Origin: Deltaproteobacteria bacterium
Lineage (GTDB): Bacteria; Myxococcota_A; Polyangia; Fen-1088
Direction of reading: 5' to 3'
NCBI GenBank assembly: GCA_033763315.1
Contig: JANRKS010000040.1
Span: 128,001 to 192,000 of the forward strand
Length of the DNA stretch: 64,000 nucleotides
In this document: in pieces, positions 47,493 through 56,064 of the stretch
How positions within the stretch are numbered: the first letter of the stretch is position 1
How the letters are laid out: every line of letters starts with the position of its first letter
Translations under genes and position numbers: made by a program
The notes under the pieces: model-generated
The model's database searches: none
Seen by the model: the letters and a program-made list of their open reading frames with translations, nothing else
What the model was told of the DNA's origin: nothing

Positions 47493-50360
47493 GTGCTTAA
47501 GATTGTTTGTCCACCTTGCGTGTCTTCACTGTGCCTTACGCTCTCGACGTTGTTGGCACTCGCCGGCCTCAGCGCCTGTGCGACGAGCACCGACAGCATG
47601 TACACGCAGTTCGTAAAGCCGCCTTCGGACGCGCGGCCGTTTGTGCGCTGGTGGTGGAACGGGGGCCGGGTCAACGAGCGTGAGATCCTGCGCGAGCTCG
47701 ACGTTATGAACGCGGCGGGGATTGGCGGCGTTGAGATCAACACCATCGCGATGCCCGAGGGCGCCACGCCTCAATCTCTGGCGCAATCTCCGGCACTCGA
47801 ATGGTTGGGTGACGAGTGGACGAAGATGGTGCGCGCCGCCTCTGACGGGGCCAAGGCGCGTGGCATGACTGCTGACCTCATCGTGGGTTCGGGTTGGCCC
47901 TTCGGTGGCCGTTTCTTGGCTGTTGAGGAGCAAACCCAGCGTGTTTTGCTGGTCAAACGCGAGATCATTGGGCCACGCGTTTTAGACCTAAGCGTGGACG
48001 AGCTGGGGCAGGCGCCCATGCAAAGCGGTCGTCGCAGCCGGGACGAAAGCGCTCCGTCGCGACGGCAGTTGGCGATGGTGCGCCTTCTGCCCACCGACGC
48101 CATGGCGGCCACTTTCACCGCGGGTCACGATCTGACCCCGTCGGTCGCGGACGGACGCATCCGCATAAACGTTCCGCAAGGGCGTCACGCCATTTATGCC
48201 GTCTTTCGCGATTGGGGCTTTACGCACGTCAAGCTTGGCGCCCCAGGCGCCGACGGTCCGGTGGTCAACCATTTCGACGCGCAGGCGGTCCGAAAATACC
48301 TGGACCACATGGCGGCCAAGTTGTCGCCCGCGTTCGGCGGACGTTTGGGCAACAAGCTGCGCGCGTTGTTCATCGATAGCCTTGAATTGGATCACGCCAA
48401 CTGGGCAGACGACCTATTCGCCGAATTCCAACAGCGCCGCGGTTATGATTTGGCGCCCTATCTGCCGTTCGTTCTGGACGCCGACGTGCCGGACGCGGAT
48501 TCAGCGTTTTTCAGAACAGTGCGGCGGGCCCGTTACGATTTTGCGAGAACCCTGGTTGAGCTGTTCGAGACGCGCTTCGTTGGCACGTTCGTAAGGTTCT
48601 GCGAGGAGCAGGGCGTTTTGGCGCGCGTGCAGGCGTATGGACGCGAGACGCATCCGTTGCATGGGGGCATGCAGGTGCATTTGCCCGAGGGAGAAACGTG
48701 GCTGTGGCACGATGAGGCCAACCAGACGCGCATCAAGGTGGAATCCACCTCTGTGAATAAGTACGTGTCGTCGGCCGCGCATCTTACGGGCAAAGCGCGC
48801 GTCAGCTTCGAGGCCATGACTAATGCCGTGCCCGTCTTCCGCGAGACGTTGGCGAATTTCAAAGAAGGCCTAGATTTGTCCTTGCTGGCCGGCCTGAACC
48901 ATCCCGTCATTCACGGGTTCAACTACACGCCGCTAGAAGCGGGCTTTCCCGGCTGGGTGCGGTTTGGTTGCTACCTTAACGAACGAACCCCCTGGTGGCC
49001 TGCGTTTCCGCGCTTCTCCGATTACGCCGCACGCCTGGGCACGGTCTTACGTGCGTCTATGGCGCACGCTCAAGTGGCCATCTTGGCGCCGCGAGCAGAC
49101 GAGTGGGCGCGCCTTGGCCTGCTTTACCAGCCGTTCCCAGAGCAGCGCTTCCCTTGGTACCAATACAGCATGGCCTCGGCCGTCCAAAACGTGGGTTACG
49201 GCAGTGACTTCGTCAGCGAGCGCATTTTGCAGAACGCCACCTTTGCCGGTGGGCGCATCAACTTCGGCCCGCAAAGCTATGGGCTGCTGGTGATTCAAAA
49301 CGCCGAATCGCTGGAACTGCCAACCGTCAAAGCCGTCCTGGCTTACGCGAAGGCGGGGGGCCGCGTGTTGTTTGTCGGGCAAGTGCCAAGCCACGCACCG
49401 GGACTGGGACCAGATCTGCAGAACGACGGCGGCGTGGCCCAATTGATCAAAGAAGTGATGGCAAGCGACCACGTCAAAGTGGTGCCCGAGCCGCGTGAGG
49501 CTGACGGACTGCCCGGTTTGGTGGCCTGGAGCCAGCAGCATCTTCCGCCCACCGGCGTCACGCCTGCGGCGGTCATCGACGCACCGGTGGCCCACGTTTC
49601 GCAGATCCATCATGATTCGCCGTCCGGTGATGTGTTCTTTTTCGCGAACACGAGCACCGAGCAAGACGCGGCTTTGAAGGTAGCGTTTCCCACGACGCAA
49701 GGAACGCCTTGGCGGTGGGATCCGCAAACCGGTGAGCGCACGCCCTACCCCGCTGGCAACCCGCAAGCGTTGCCGATCACGTTGCAGCCACAACAGTCGC
49801 TGTTGTTGGTGTTCGAAAAGTCTGCACCCAGGTTGGCCGAAGGCGGCGTTGAGCGCTTGAGCACTGCCTACCCTGCCCCCGGTGAGCCGATCAAGCTGCG
49901 CCCGTTGACGACCCTCGATGGCCCGTGGCAGGCAAGCTTTCACCCGGCCAACAAAGGCGCGCCGTTTGCACGGGTGATGACAAAACTGCTCGATCTAAGC
50001 AAACAATCCGACGATCGGGATCTGGCCACGTTCGCCGGCACAGTCACATACACGCAAGGCTTCACACTGCCTGCCACGGGTCCGATGGTTCTAGATCTCG
50101 GTGAGGTCAATTCCGTGTCCAGCGTCAGCGTCAATGGCGTTGACCTCGGCACGCAATGGTATGGCCACCACCGCTACAACATCTCGCCAGCGCTCAAAGT
50201 GGGCGGAAACACCGTCACCATCACGGTTCACACAGTGCTGGCCAACATGATGAAGAACATGAAAGACAACGCCTCGGCGCAACACTGGGCGTTCTGGTTC
50301 AAGCCCATCCCCGCAGGTTTGGTGGGGCCGGTGGTGCTGGCACAGCCACAACCACTGTGA
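47493..50360 (+). CDS. GH106 alpha-L-rhamnosidase-like lipoprotein
   Basis: GTG start with RBS GGAGGA; lipobox LSAC; RPFVRWWWNG, GIGGVEI, GSGWPFGG, FIDSLE, F..RRGYDL.PYLP, LDLGEV, GLVGPV. Confidence 0.8.
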   Translation: MLKIVCPPCVSSLCLTLSTLLALAGLSACATSTDSMYTQFVKPPSDARPFVRWWWNGGRVNEREILRELDVMNAAGIGGVEINTIAMPEGATPQSLAQSPALEWLGDEWTKMVRAASDGAKARGMTADLIVGSGWPFGGRFLAVEEQTQRVLLVKREIIGPRVLDLSVDELGQAPMQSGRRSRDESAPSRRQLAMVRLLPTDAMAATFTAGHDLTPSVADGRIRINVPQGRHAIYAVFRDWGFTHVKLGAPGADGPVVNHFDAQAVRKYLDHMAAKLSPAFGGRLGNKLRALFIDSLELDHANWADDLFAEFQQRRGYDLAPYLPFVLDADVPDADSAFFRTVRRARYDFARTLVELFETRFVGTFVRFCEEQGVLARVQAYGRETHPLHGGMQVHLPEGETWLWHDEANQTRIKVESTSVNKYVSSAAHLTGKARVSFEAMTNAVPVFRETLANFKEGLDLSLLAGLNHPVIHGFNYTPLEAGFPGWVRFGCYLNERTPWWPAFPRFSDYAARLGTVLRASMAHAQVAILAPRADEWARLGLLYQPFPEQRFPWYQYSMASAVQNVGYGSDFVSERILQNATFAGGRINFGPQSYGLLVIQNAESLELPTVKAVLAYAKAGGRVLFVGQVPSHAPGLGPDLQNDGGVAQLIKEVMASDHVKVVPEPREADGLPGLVAWSQQHLPPTGVTPAAVIDAPVAHVSQIHHDSPSGDVFFFANTSTEQDAALKVAFPTTQGTPWRWDPQTGERTPYPAGNPQALPITLQPQQSLLLVFEKSAPRLAEGGVERLSTAYPAPGEPIKLRPLTTLDGPWQASFHPANKGAPFARVMTKLLDLSKQSDDRDLATFAGTVTYTQGFTLPATGPMVLDLGEVNSVSSVSVNGVDLGTQWYGHHRYNISPALKVGGNTVTITVHTVLANMMKNMKDNASAQHWAFWFKPIPAGLVGPVVLAQPQPL

Positions 50361-51077
50361 CTAAGCGCCCGTACGAGCCACGATCACAACCCGCCACGGC
50401 CGCACCCGTTTCACCACGGCGTCCGTGGCGAACCCCGCGGCCTCGCACGCCTGGCGCAACTCAGGGACCTTAAAGCCTTTGCGAATGGAAAGGCGCCCAT
50501 CCGCAAATACAAAACTGCGATGAAACGCCACCGCGGCCAGCGCGGTGTAAAGCGTATAGGCCATGGGTGATCGTTCGAGGTCATTGATCAGCAGCAGCCG
50601 TTTTGCGCAGGCGCGCAAGCGCGCCAACACGGGCACCAACGCGTCCGGTGGAATGTGGTGCAGCACGTGGTTGCAGTAAACGTAATCCGGCTTGGCCGCG
50701 CAGAGTTCATCCAAACTGCCTTGCACCACCCGCACGTTTGCAAACCGCAACAGCTTACGTTGCGCCCGCTCCACGGCCCTCGCCTCGCTATCCACGCCCA
50801 CAAGCTTGACCTGCAAACCCTGCTGTTGGCACCGCTTTGCAAGCCACGCCAACACATCCCCGCCGCCACAACCCAGCTCTGCGATGGTCACCTCGCCGCC
50901 GCGCGCCTTGATGTCAGCCAAGACTTCGCTTTGCAGCAGTGGCCGCATCCGCGACAACAAGCGGTTGATGATGGCCAGCTGCACATAAGTGCGCCGCAAC
51001 TTGGCGTCGTCGCAATCGGGCGCGTCCATCTGTTCGGGCAGATAGATCCGCTGCGCGAACGAAGGCAACCAGCTCAC
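50361..51077 (-). CDS. SAM-dependent methyltransferase associated with the type III PKS
   Basis: GTGA overlap with the PKS stop; EQMD, ELGCGGGD, NHVLHH, INDLER, DGRLSIRKGF. Confidence 0.85.
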   Translation of the reverse strand: MSWLPSFAQRIYLPEQMDAPDCDDAKLRRTYVQLAIINRLLSRMRPLLQSEVLADIKARGGEVTIAELGCGGGDVLAWLAKRCQQQGLQVKLVGVDSEARAVERAQRKLLRFANVRVVQGSLDELCAAKPDYVYCNHVLHHIPPDALVPVLARLRACAKRLLLINDLERSPMAYTLYTALAAVAFHRSFVFADGRLSIRKGFKVPELRQACEAAGFATDAVVKRVRPWRVVIVARTGA

Positions 51078-52192
51078 AGGGCCCCCGGATGCTCCAACAA
51101 CGCCGACTCCAACGTTAAACCAGGGCCAAAGCCGCAGGCATAAACGGCCCCTGCGGCAGGCAAAGCCCGTATGCGATCCAAGATGAACCACAAGGTCGCC
51201 GAACTCATATTGCCGCACGTGCGCAACACATCACGCGGAATGCCCACGTCACTTTCCTGCAGGTCCAAAGCCTTCACCGCTTTGTCCAAAATGGCAGGGC
51301 CACCGGGATGAATGGCCCAGTGCTTGATCGCCGCACGATCTACCTTCAGCTCCTGCAGCAACGTCTCGAAGGCGGCAGGCAAGTGCTTGTGCAACAAAAA
51401 TGGAACGCGAGGCGAAAGCGTCATGTGAAAGCCCGTGTCGCCAATCCGCCACGTCATATCCTCTTCGCCGTTTGGCAGCAAGAACGCGCCCGCGCCTTTG
51501 ATCAGCAACGGGGTGCCATTGACCAGACCTGCGTGCGTGGCTGTGCCCACCAAAGCCGCCGCCACACCATCGGCAAACAAAGAGTTGGCGATCAGCGTGT
51601 CGACGTCGGGCGAAAAGTGCACGTGCAAACTGCACAGCTCCACGTGAACCACCAACACCAAGGCGTTCGGATCGGCTTGGCAAATCGTGTTGGCGAGTTT
51701 CAGCGTCGAGAACCCCGCATAGCAACCCATAAAGCCCACGTGTGTGCGGTGAACGCGCGGCGACAACCCCAACGCACGCACCAACGCAATGTCGAAGCCG
51801 GGCGCCGTGAAGCCCGTGCAACTGGCCGTCACAAGATGGGTGACGCGCGCCTGCCAAGGCTTGCCGCCAAGGCCACCGCACGCCTTGATCGCCAGCACGT
51901 TCGCTTCGCGCTCAAACAATTGGTTCCGCGCCGCGGAGCCTGGTTCGGGGCGAAAATCCGCTGATTTTGGAAAGAACGTGCGCTCACTCGCGGACACGCC
52001 GTAGTCCGCAATGGCAGTGTAACGCTGCTCGATGCCCGAAGCGTTGAGCAGCCGCTCTAAGAACGCAAGGGCTTCTGGTTGTTCGTGAAACACCTGCCGT
52101 GCGATGGCAATCGATTGCTCGCGCGTGCAAACGTGAGACGGCAATGCAGTGGCGATGCTCAAAACACGCGGCGTAAGAGGTTGGGTGGTCAT
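51074..52192 (-). CDS. Type III polyketide synthase
   Basis: Catalytic triad Cys (FMGCYAG), His (IHPGG), Asn (GNMSS); ELCSLH, LFADG, GFGPGLT. Confidence 0.93.
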   Translation of the reverse strand: MTTQPLTPRVLSIATALPSHVCTREQSIAIARQVFHEQPEALAFLERLLNASGIEQRYTAIADYGVSASERTFFPKSADFRPEPGSAARNQLFEREANVLAIKACGGLGGKPWQARVTHLVTASCTGFTAPGFDIALVRALGLSPRVHRTHVGFMGCYAGFSTLKLANTICQADPNALVLVVHVELCSLHVHFSPDVDTLIANSLFADGVAAALVGTATHAGLVNGTPLLIKGAGAFLLPNGEEDMTWRIGDTGFHMTLSPRVPFLLHKHLPAAFETLLQELKVDRAAIKHWAIHPGGPAILDKAVKALDLQESDVGIPRDVLRTCGNMSSATLWFILDRIRALPAAGAVYACGFGPGLTLESALLEHPGAL

Positions 52193-53323
52193 TTAGGCGG
52201 CGCTCTTTGCTTTTTTCAGTGCAGGCACGCGCGTGGTCCGCGCCACCCAGGGCAATAAGGGAGGCGCCCAGCGCAAGGCCCACATCGCCACGCGGGCGAA
52301 GGCTGGTTTGGGCAACCAACGGTGCAAAGGCAGCGCACGCCGCAAAACCTTGCGCGCCATGGCTCGCGCTTCCACGGCGTAAGCACAGGCTGGCAAACCT
52401 GCAGCGATGTGCTCGGCTGCCAACGAACCTGAAGCCATCGCGAATGAAATGCCGGTGCCGGTAAAAGACGGCAACACGGCAAATTGATCGCCCACAGCGA
52501 ACAAACCGGCCTGCGTTTCTTGATCGCAGTGACCGTAAGGCAAATTTGAGACGGTCTTGGGCCGGTCCCACACGGGCTGCGATTCCCGCAACACCATTTG
52601 CAAAAGCGGCACGCCGGGCGCAATCGCGCGCAACAGACCCAGCGGCTCGTCGCCCGCCTGCACGAGCACCGCAGGCAACACCAAAAGGCTCACAGTAAGC
52701 GTGCCCTCGCCCTCCACCGAGATCCCCCCATACCCGCCATCGAAGAAGAACAACCCCAAAGTTTCTCGCAAAGCCTCCGCCAAGGCTGCGCCCACGTGAT
52801 CGAAGTTCATCTTCCAGCCCACAAGGCTCGCTCCATCAGCGCCCGTGCGTGGGTGAAAACGGCCAAGCGCCTGTTTCCCGGTGGCCAACACCAGCGTCTT
52901 GACCTGCAAGCCTCCGTCGCTCGTGCGCAGCTCGAACGCCGTTTCGGTGCGCACCACATCTTTCACATGCACGCCCGTTTGCACATCCACCCCTCGCCCC
53001 TTGGCCTGCCCAAGCAGCCACGCGTCCAAAAAGCACCGCGAGACGCTTAACGCTTCGAAGGGCAACGGCATACCAACTGTGGCACCGTGTGATTCGATGC
53101 GCACGTGCCGCACGGGCGTGGCGCCCGCTTGCAACCACGGAAACGAAAGGGCATCCAACCTTGCCACAGCTTCGGGCGATAAGAACTCGCCGCACACCTT
53201 GTTTTTGGGCTCAGTGTTGCGTTCCAGAAGCTGACAGGCCACACCGGCGGCCGACAAGCCTAGGGCAGCCATGCTGCCTGCGGGACCCGCGCCCACCACA
53301 CACACGGGGCCGGTTGTCATCAA
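52193..53323 (-). CDS. FAD-dependent oxidoreductase/monooxygenase
   Basis: VVGAGPAG, KVCGEFLS, GGYGG, VGD..PSFTGTGISFA. Confidence 0.85.
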   Translation of the reverse strand: MMTTGPVCVVGAGPAGSMAALGLSAAGVACQLLERNTEPKNKVCGEFLSPEAVARLDALSFPWLQAGATPVRHVRIESHGATVGMPLPFEALSVSRCFLDAWLLGQAKGRGVDVQTGVHVKDVVRTETAFELRTSDGGLQVKTLVLATGKQALGRFHPRTGADGASLVGWKMNFDHVGAALAEALRETLGLFFFDGGYGGISVEGEGTLTVSLLVLPAVLVQAGDEPLGLLRAIAPGVPLLQMVLRESQPVWDRPKTVSNLPYGHCDQETQAGLFAVGDQFAVLPSFTGTGISFAMASGSLAAEHIAAGLPACAYAVEARAMARKVLRRALPLHRWLPKPAFARVAMWALRWAPPLLPWVARTTRVPALKKAKSAA

Positions 53324-53619
53324 ACCGCCTTTGGTTCGGCCACTGGAGGCGTGGTTAGTTGCGCCTGCACATAAACCACCACGTCGCCCACGGTGACGAA
53401 ACTGGCCGCCGCCTCTTGTGGGATCCGCACGTTCAGCATCTCTTCAAGCTCAAACAACAGCTCCAACGCCGCGAAAGAATCAAGACCGAGGTCATCTCGC
53501 AACTTTGTGCCATCCACCATGGCGCTGGCCTCAAGTTGCTTCTCGGTGACCTTGGCAAACGCCTGGGCCATCTTATCGACGATCATGTCGCGTGAGGGGA
53601 ACGCCGTTTCTTGCACCAT
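53320..53619 (-). CDS. Acyl carrier protein
   Basis: DDLGLDSFAALE (phosphopantetheine Ser), TVGDVV. Confidence 0.88.
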   Translation of the reverse strand: MVQETAFPSRDMIVDKMAQAFAKVTEKQLEASAMVDGTKLRDDLGLDSFAALELLFELEEMLNVRIPQEAAASFVTVGDVVVYVQAQLTTPPVAEPKAV

Positions 53620-53622
53620 GGA

Positions 53623-54867
53623 TCACTCCTTGCCAAACAAAAGCGCGACGTTGACGTTGCCAAAACCAAAAGAATTCGAGATCGCAAACCGCGCGCGCGT
53701 GGCCGTAGGCGTGGCCACAACGGCCAGTGGGCACAAGGGGTCGCGCGCCGTGAGGTTTGCGTTCGGCGGCAAGAGCCCTTCATGCAACGCTTTTACGGTC
53801 GCGATCGCTTCAAGCACCCCCGCCGCGCCCAACGTGTGGCCCGTGATCGGTTTGATCGATGAGATCGGCACACCGGCGGCGGCCTCGCCAAACACCAACT
53901 GCATGGCGCGCGCTTCGGCCACATCGTTCTCCCGCGTGGCCGTGCCGTGCGCGTTCACGTAACCGATTTGCTCGGGCGAAACGCCCGCATCACGCAAAGC
54001 CCCCTTCATGGCGGCCGCCGCATCCTCGCCATCGGGACGCGCATGCACGGCGTGGTACGCACCCAACGATTGGCCATAACCGCGCAGCACGCCATAGATG
54101 CGCGCGTTGCGGGCTTGCGCGTGCGCCAACGATTCAAGCACCAAAGCCCCTGCGCCTTCACCCAAGACGAAGCCATCGCGCTTCTCATCGAAGGGTTTGC
54201 AAGCCGAAGCCGGCTCATCGGCCGAGGCCGCTTTCGCCAACACGCCCAGCAAGGAAAACGCTGTCATGGAAAACGGTGATAGGGGCGTCTCCGCACCACC
54301 CGCCACAATCACATCCGCATCACCTTGCGCGATGGTGCGCATCGCTTGCCCCAAAGCGTGGGCGGAAGACGCGCACGCGCTGCTGATCACGAAGCCCGGC
54401 CCGCGCAATTGCAAAGACTGCGCAACGTCTGTGATGATCGCGGTGGGCGACACACGCGGCACCGTGTGGGGATGCATGCGGCTCTCACGCGATTGCATCA
54501 CGCGCCACATTTGTTCTTCCTGGAATTGAAGGCCTCCCAAGCCAGAGCCGAAGATCACACCCGCACGCGCACCCAACCCGGGGCCCGCAGGCAGCTCAAG
54601 ACCGGCGTCTCGCCACGCCTGCTGGCAAGCCACTTGGCTCAACCTCACCACCCGTTCGCCTTTGCGCACACCCCACGATTGCGCCGCTTCATCGAGGGCC
54701 CGATCGTCCACGGCCGCTTCGTAAAGTGCTGCCGGCGTCACCGTTTCAGAAGCCACCGTCCGCCGCACCGCCGATACACCCAAACTGACCCTGCGCCAAA
54801 AGGACGCCACATCGCAACCAGCGGCGCTCGCCACCCCTAAGCCCGTTATCGCAACGGCTCTACCCAT
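53623..54867 (-). CDS. Beta-ketoacyl-ACP synthase (FabF/KS II-like)
   Basis: VAITGLG, SACASS (Cys), PFD..RDGFVLGEGAG, NAHGTAT (His), GHTLGAAG (His), NSFGFG. Confidence 0.9.
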   Translation of the reverse strand: MGRAVAITGLGVASAAGCDVASFWRRVSLGVSAVRRTVASETVTPAALYEAAVDDRALDEAAQSWGVRKGERVVRLSQVACQQAWRDAGLELPAGPGLGARAGVIFGSGLGGLQFQEEQMWRVMQSRESRMHPHTVPRVSPTAIITDVAQSLQLRGPGFVISSACASSAHALGQAMRTIAQGDADVIVAGGAETPLSPFSMTAFSLLGVLAKAASADEPASACKPFDEKRDGFVLGEGAGALVLESLAHAQARNARIYGVLRGYGQSLGAYHAVHARPDGEDAAAAMKGALRDAGVSPEQIGYVNAHGTATRENDVAEARAMQLVFGEAAAGVPISSIKPITGHTLGAAGVLEAIATVKALHEGLLPPNANLTARDPLCPLAVVATPTATRARFAISNSFGFGNVNVALLFGKE

Positions 54868-54948
54868 GTAGGTGTTCCTAGCACGCCCCAGCCCCCCTTG
54901 CCCCGGCGCGTTCCACCGAAGCCTCAGGGCCGATGTCAACCGCGGCCG

Positions 54949-55221
54949 TTACGGATTGGCCCCACGATCGTGAGGTAAACACTCACGCAACCTTGCGAGC
55001 TGGGCGAGAACTTCGCGAACCTGTGGGAGCCACGCCGTTCCCTGCGGCGACAAACGCATGCCTTTGGATGTACGCAAAAACAGCGACACGCCTAACTCGT
55101 CTTCCAAGCTGCGGATCCGTCGCGTCAAGGGAGGTTGGCTTACGCGCAAACGTCTGGCGGCACGACCCACGTGGCCTTCCTCGGCCACGGCCACGAACGA
55201 CTCAAGCTGCACCAACGACAT
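54949..55221 (-). CDS. LysR-family HTH-only protein (90 aa, no effector-binding domain)
   Basis: MSLVQLESFVAVAEEGHVGRAARRLRVSQPPLTRRIRSLEDELGVSLF.R; stop after the linker helix. Confidence 0.8.
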   Translation of the reverse strand: MSLVQLESFVAVAEEGHVGRAARRLRVSQPPLTRRIRSLEDELGVSLFLRTSKGMRLSPQGTAWLPQVREVLAQLARLRECLPHDRGANP

Positions 55222-55255
55222 AACCCAACGATACACATCCTGTGCCTGGCATGCG

Positions 55256-55275
55256 ATGCAAAACCGGTATTGGAC
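55256..55275. promoter_or_regulatory. LysR box (T-N11-A, CatR/BenM-like) between the lysR and map genes
   Basis: ATGC-N7-GTAT followed by TGGAC; a weaker ATAC-N7-GTGC at 55231-55245. Confidence 0.55.
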
Positions 55276-55305
55276 GTCTTCCTTGATCACCGACACGCTT
55301 GCCTC

Positions 55306-56064
55306 GTGTCGATTCACATTCATACCCGCACCGAATGCGACGCCCTTCGAAAAGCCGGGCGCGTGGCGGCCGCGACGTTGGCGGCCATTGGAAAACGCAT
55401 TGTCCCAGGGATAAGCACCGGGCAAATCGACGAATGGGTCCGCCAGCACACGCGGGCCCAAGGCGCCCGCCCGAGCCAGCTTGGCTATCATGGCTTTCCC
55501 GCCGCCGTGTGCACGAGCCGCAACAACGTTGTGTGCCACGGCATTCCGAACCCGGGTGAAATGCTGTGCGACGGCGACATCATCAACGTCGATGTCACAA
55601 GCCACATCGGTGGGTTTCATGGCGATACGTCGGCCACCTTCTTTGTTGGTGTGCCAAGCGCGGCTGCGCGCCGTCTGGTGCAAACGACCCACCAGTGCCT
55701 CATGGCAGGCATCGAGCAGGTGTCGCCCCGCGCACGTTTGGGCGACATCGGCGCCGCCATTCAAGAGGTGGCCAAGCGGGCTGGTTTCTCGGTGGTCACA
55801 GCGTTTGGCGGCCACGGCATCGGCAAACAGATGCACATGCCGCCGCACATCGACCACGTTGGTAAACGCGGCCTCGGCCTGCGGCTTGCGCCCGGCATGG
55901 CTTTCACCATCGAACCCATGCTGAACGAGGGCAGCGCCGAGGTGGAACAGCTCGCAGATGGATGGACTGTGGTGACCAAGGACGGCGGCCTGTCAGCGCA
56001 GTTTGAGCACACAGTGCTCGTAACAGAGGCTGGCTGCGAGGTCTTAACTAGTTTGCGAACTTGA
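55306..56064 (+). CDS. map: Methionine aminopeptidase type I
   Basis: VCHGIP, GDIINVDVT, GFHGDTS, GHGIG..MH, FTIEPM, DGWTV, SAQFEHT; GTG start. Confidence 0.93.
   Translation: MSIHIHTRTECDALRKAGRVAAATLAAIGKRIVPGISTGQIDEWVRQHTRAQGARPSQLGYHGFPAAVCTSRNNVVCHGIPNPGEMLCDGDIINVDVTSHIGGFHGDTSATFFVGVPSAAARRLVQTTHQCLMAGIEQVSPRARLGDIGAAIQEVAKRAGFSVVTAFGGHGIGKQMHMPPHIDHVGKRGLGLRLAPGMAFTIEPMLNEGSAEVEQLADGWTVVTKDGGLSAQFEHTVLVTEAGCEVLTSLRT

Noticed and set aside
54949-55857. 302-aa minus-strand ORF read as a full-length LysR
   Set aside because: Its first ~210 aa are antisense to map, and the HTH sits at the C-terminal end, whereas LysR HTHs are N-terminal; only the last 90 aa are supported.
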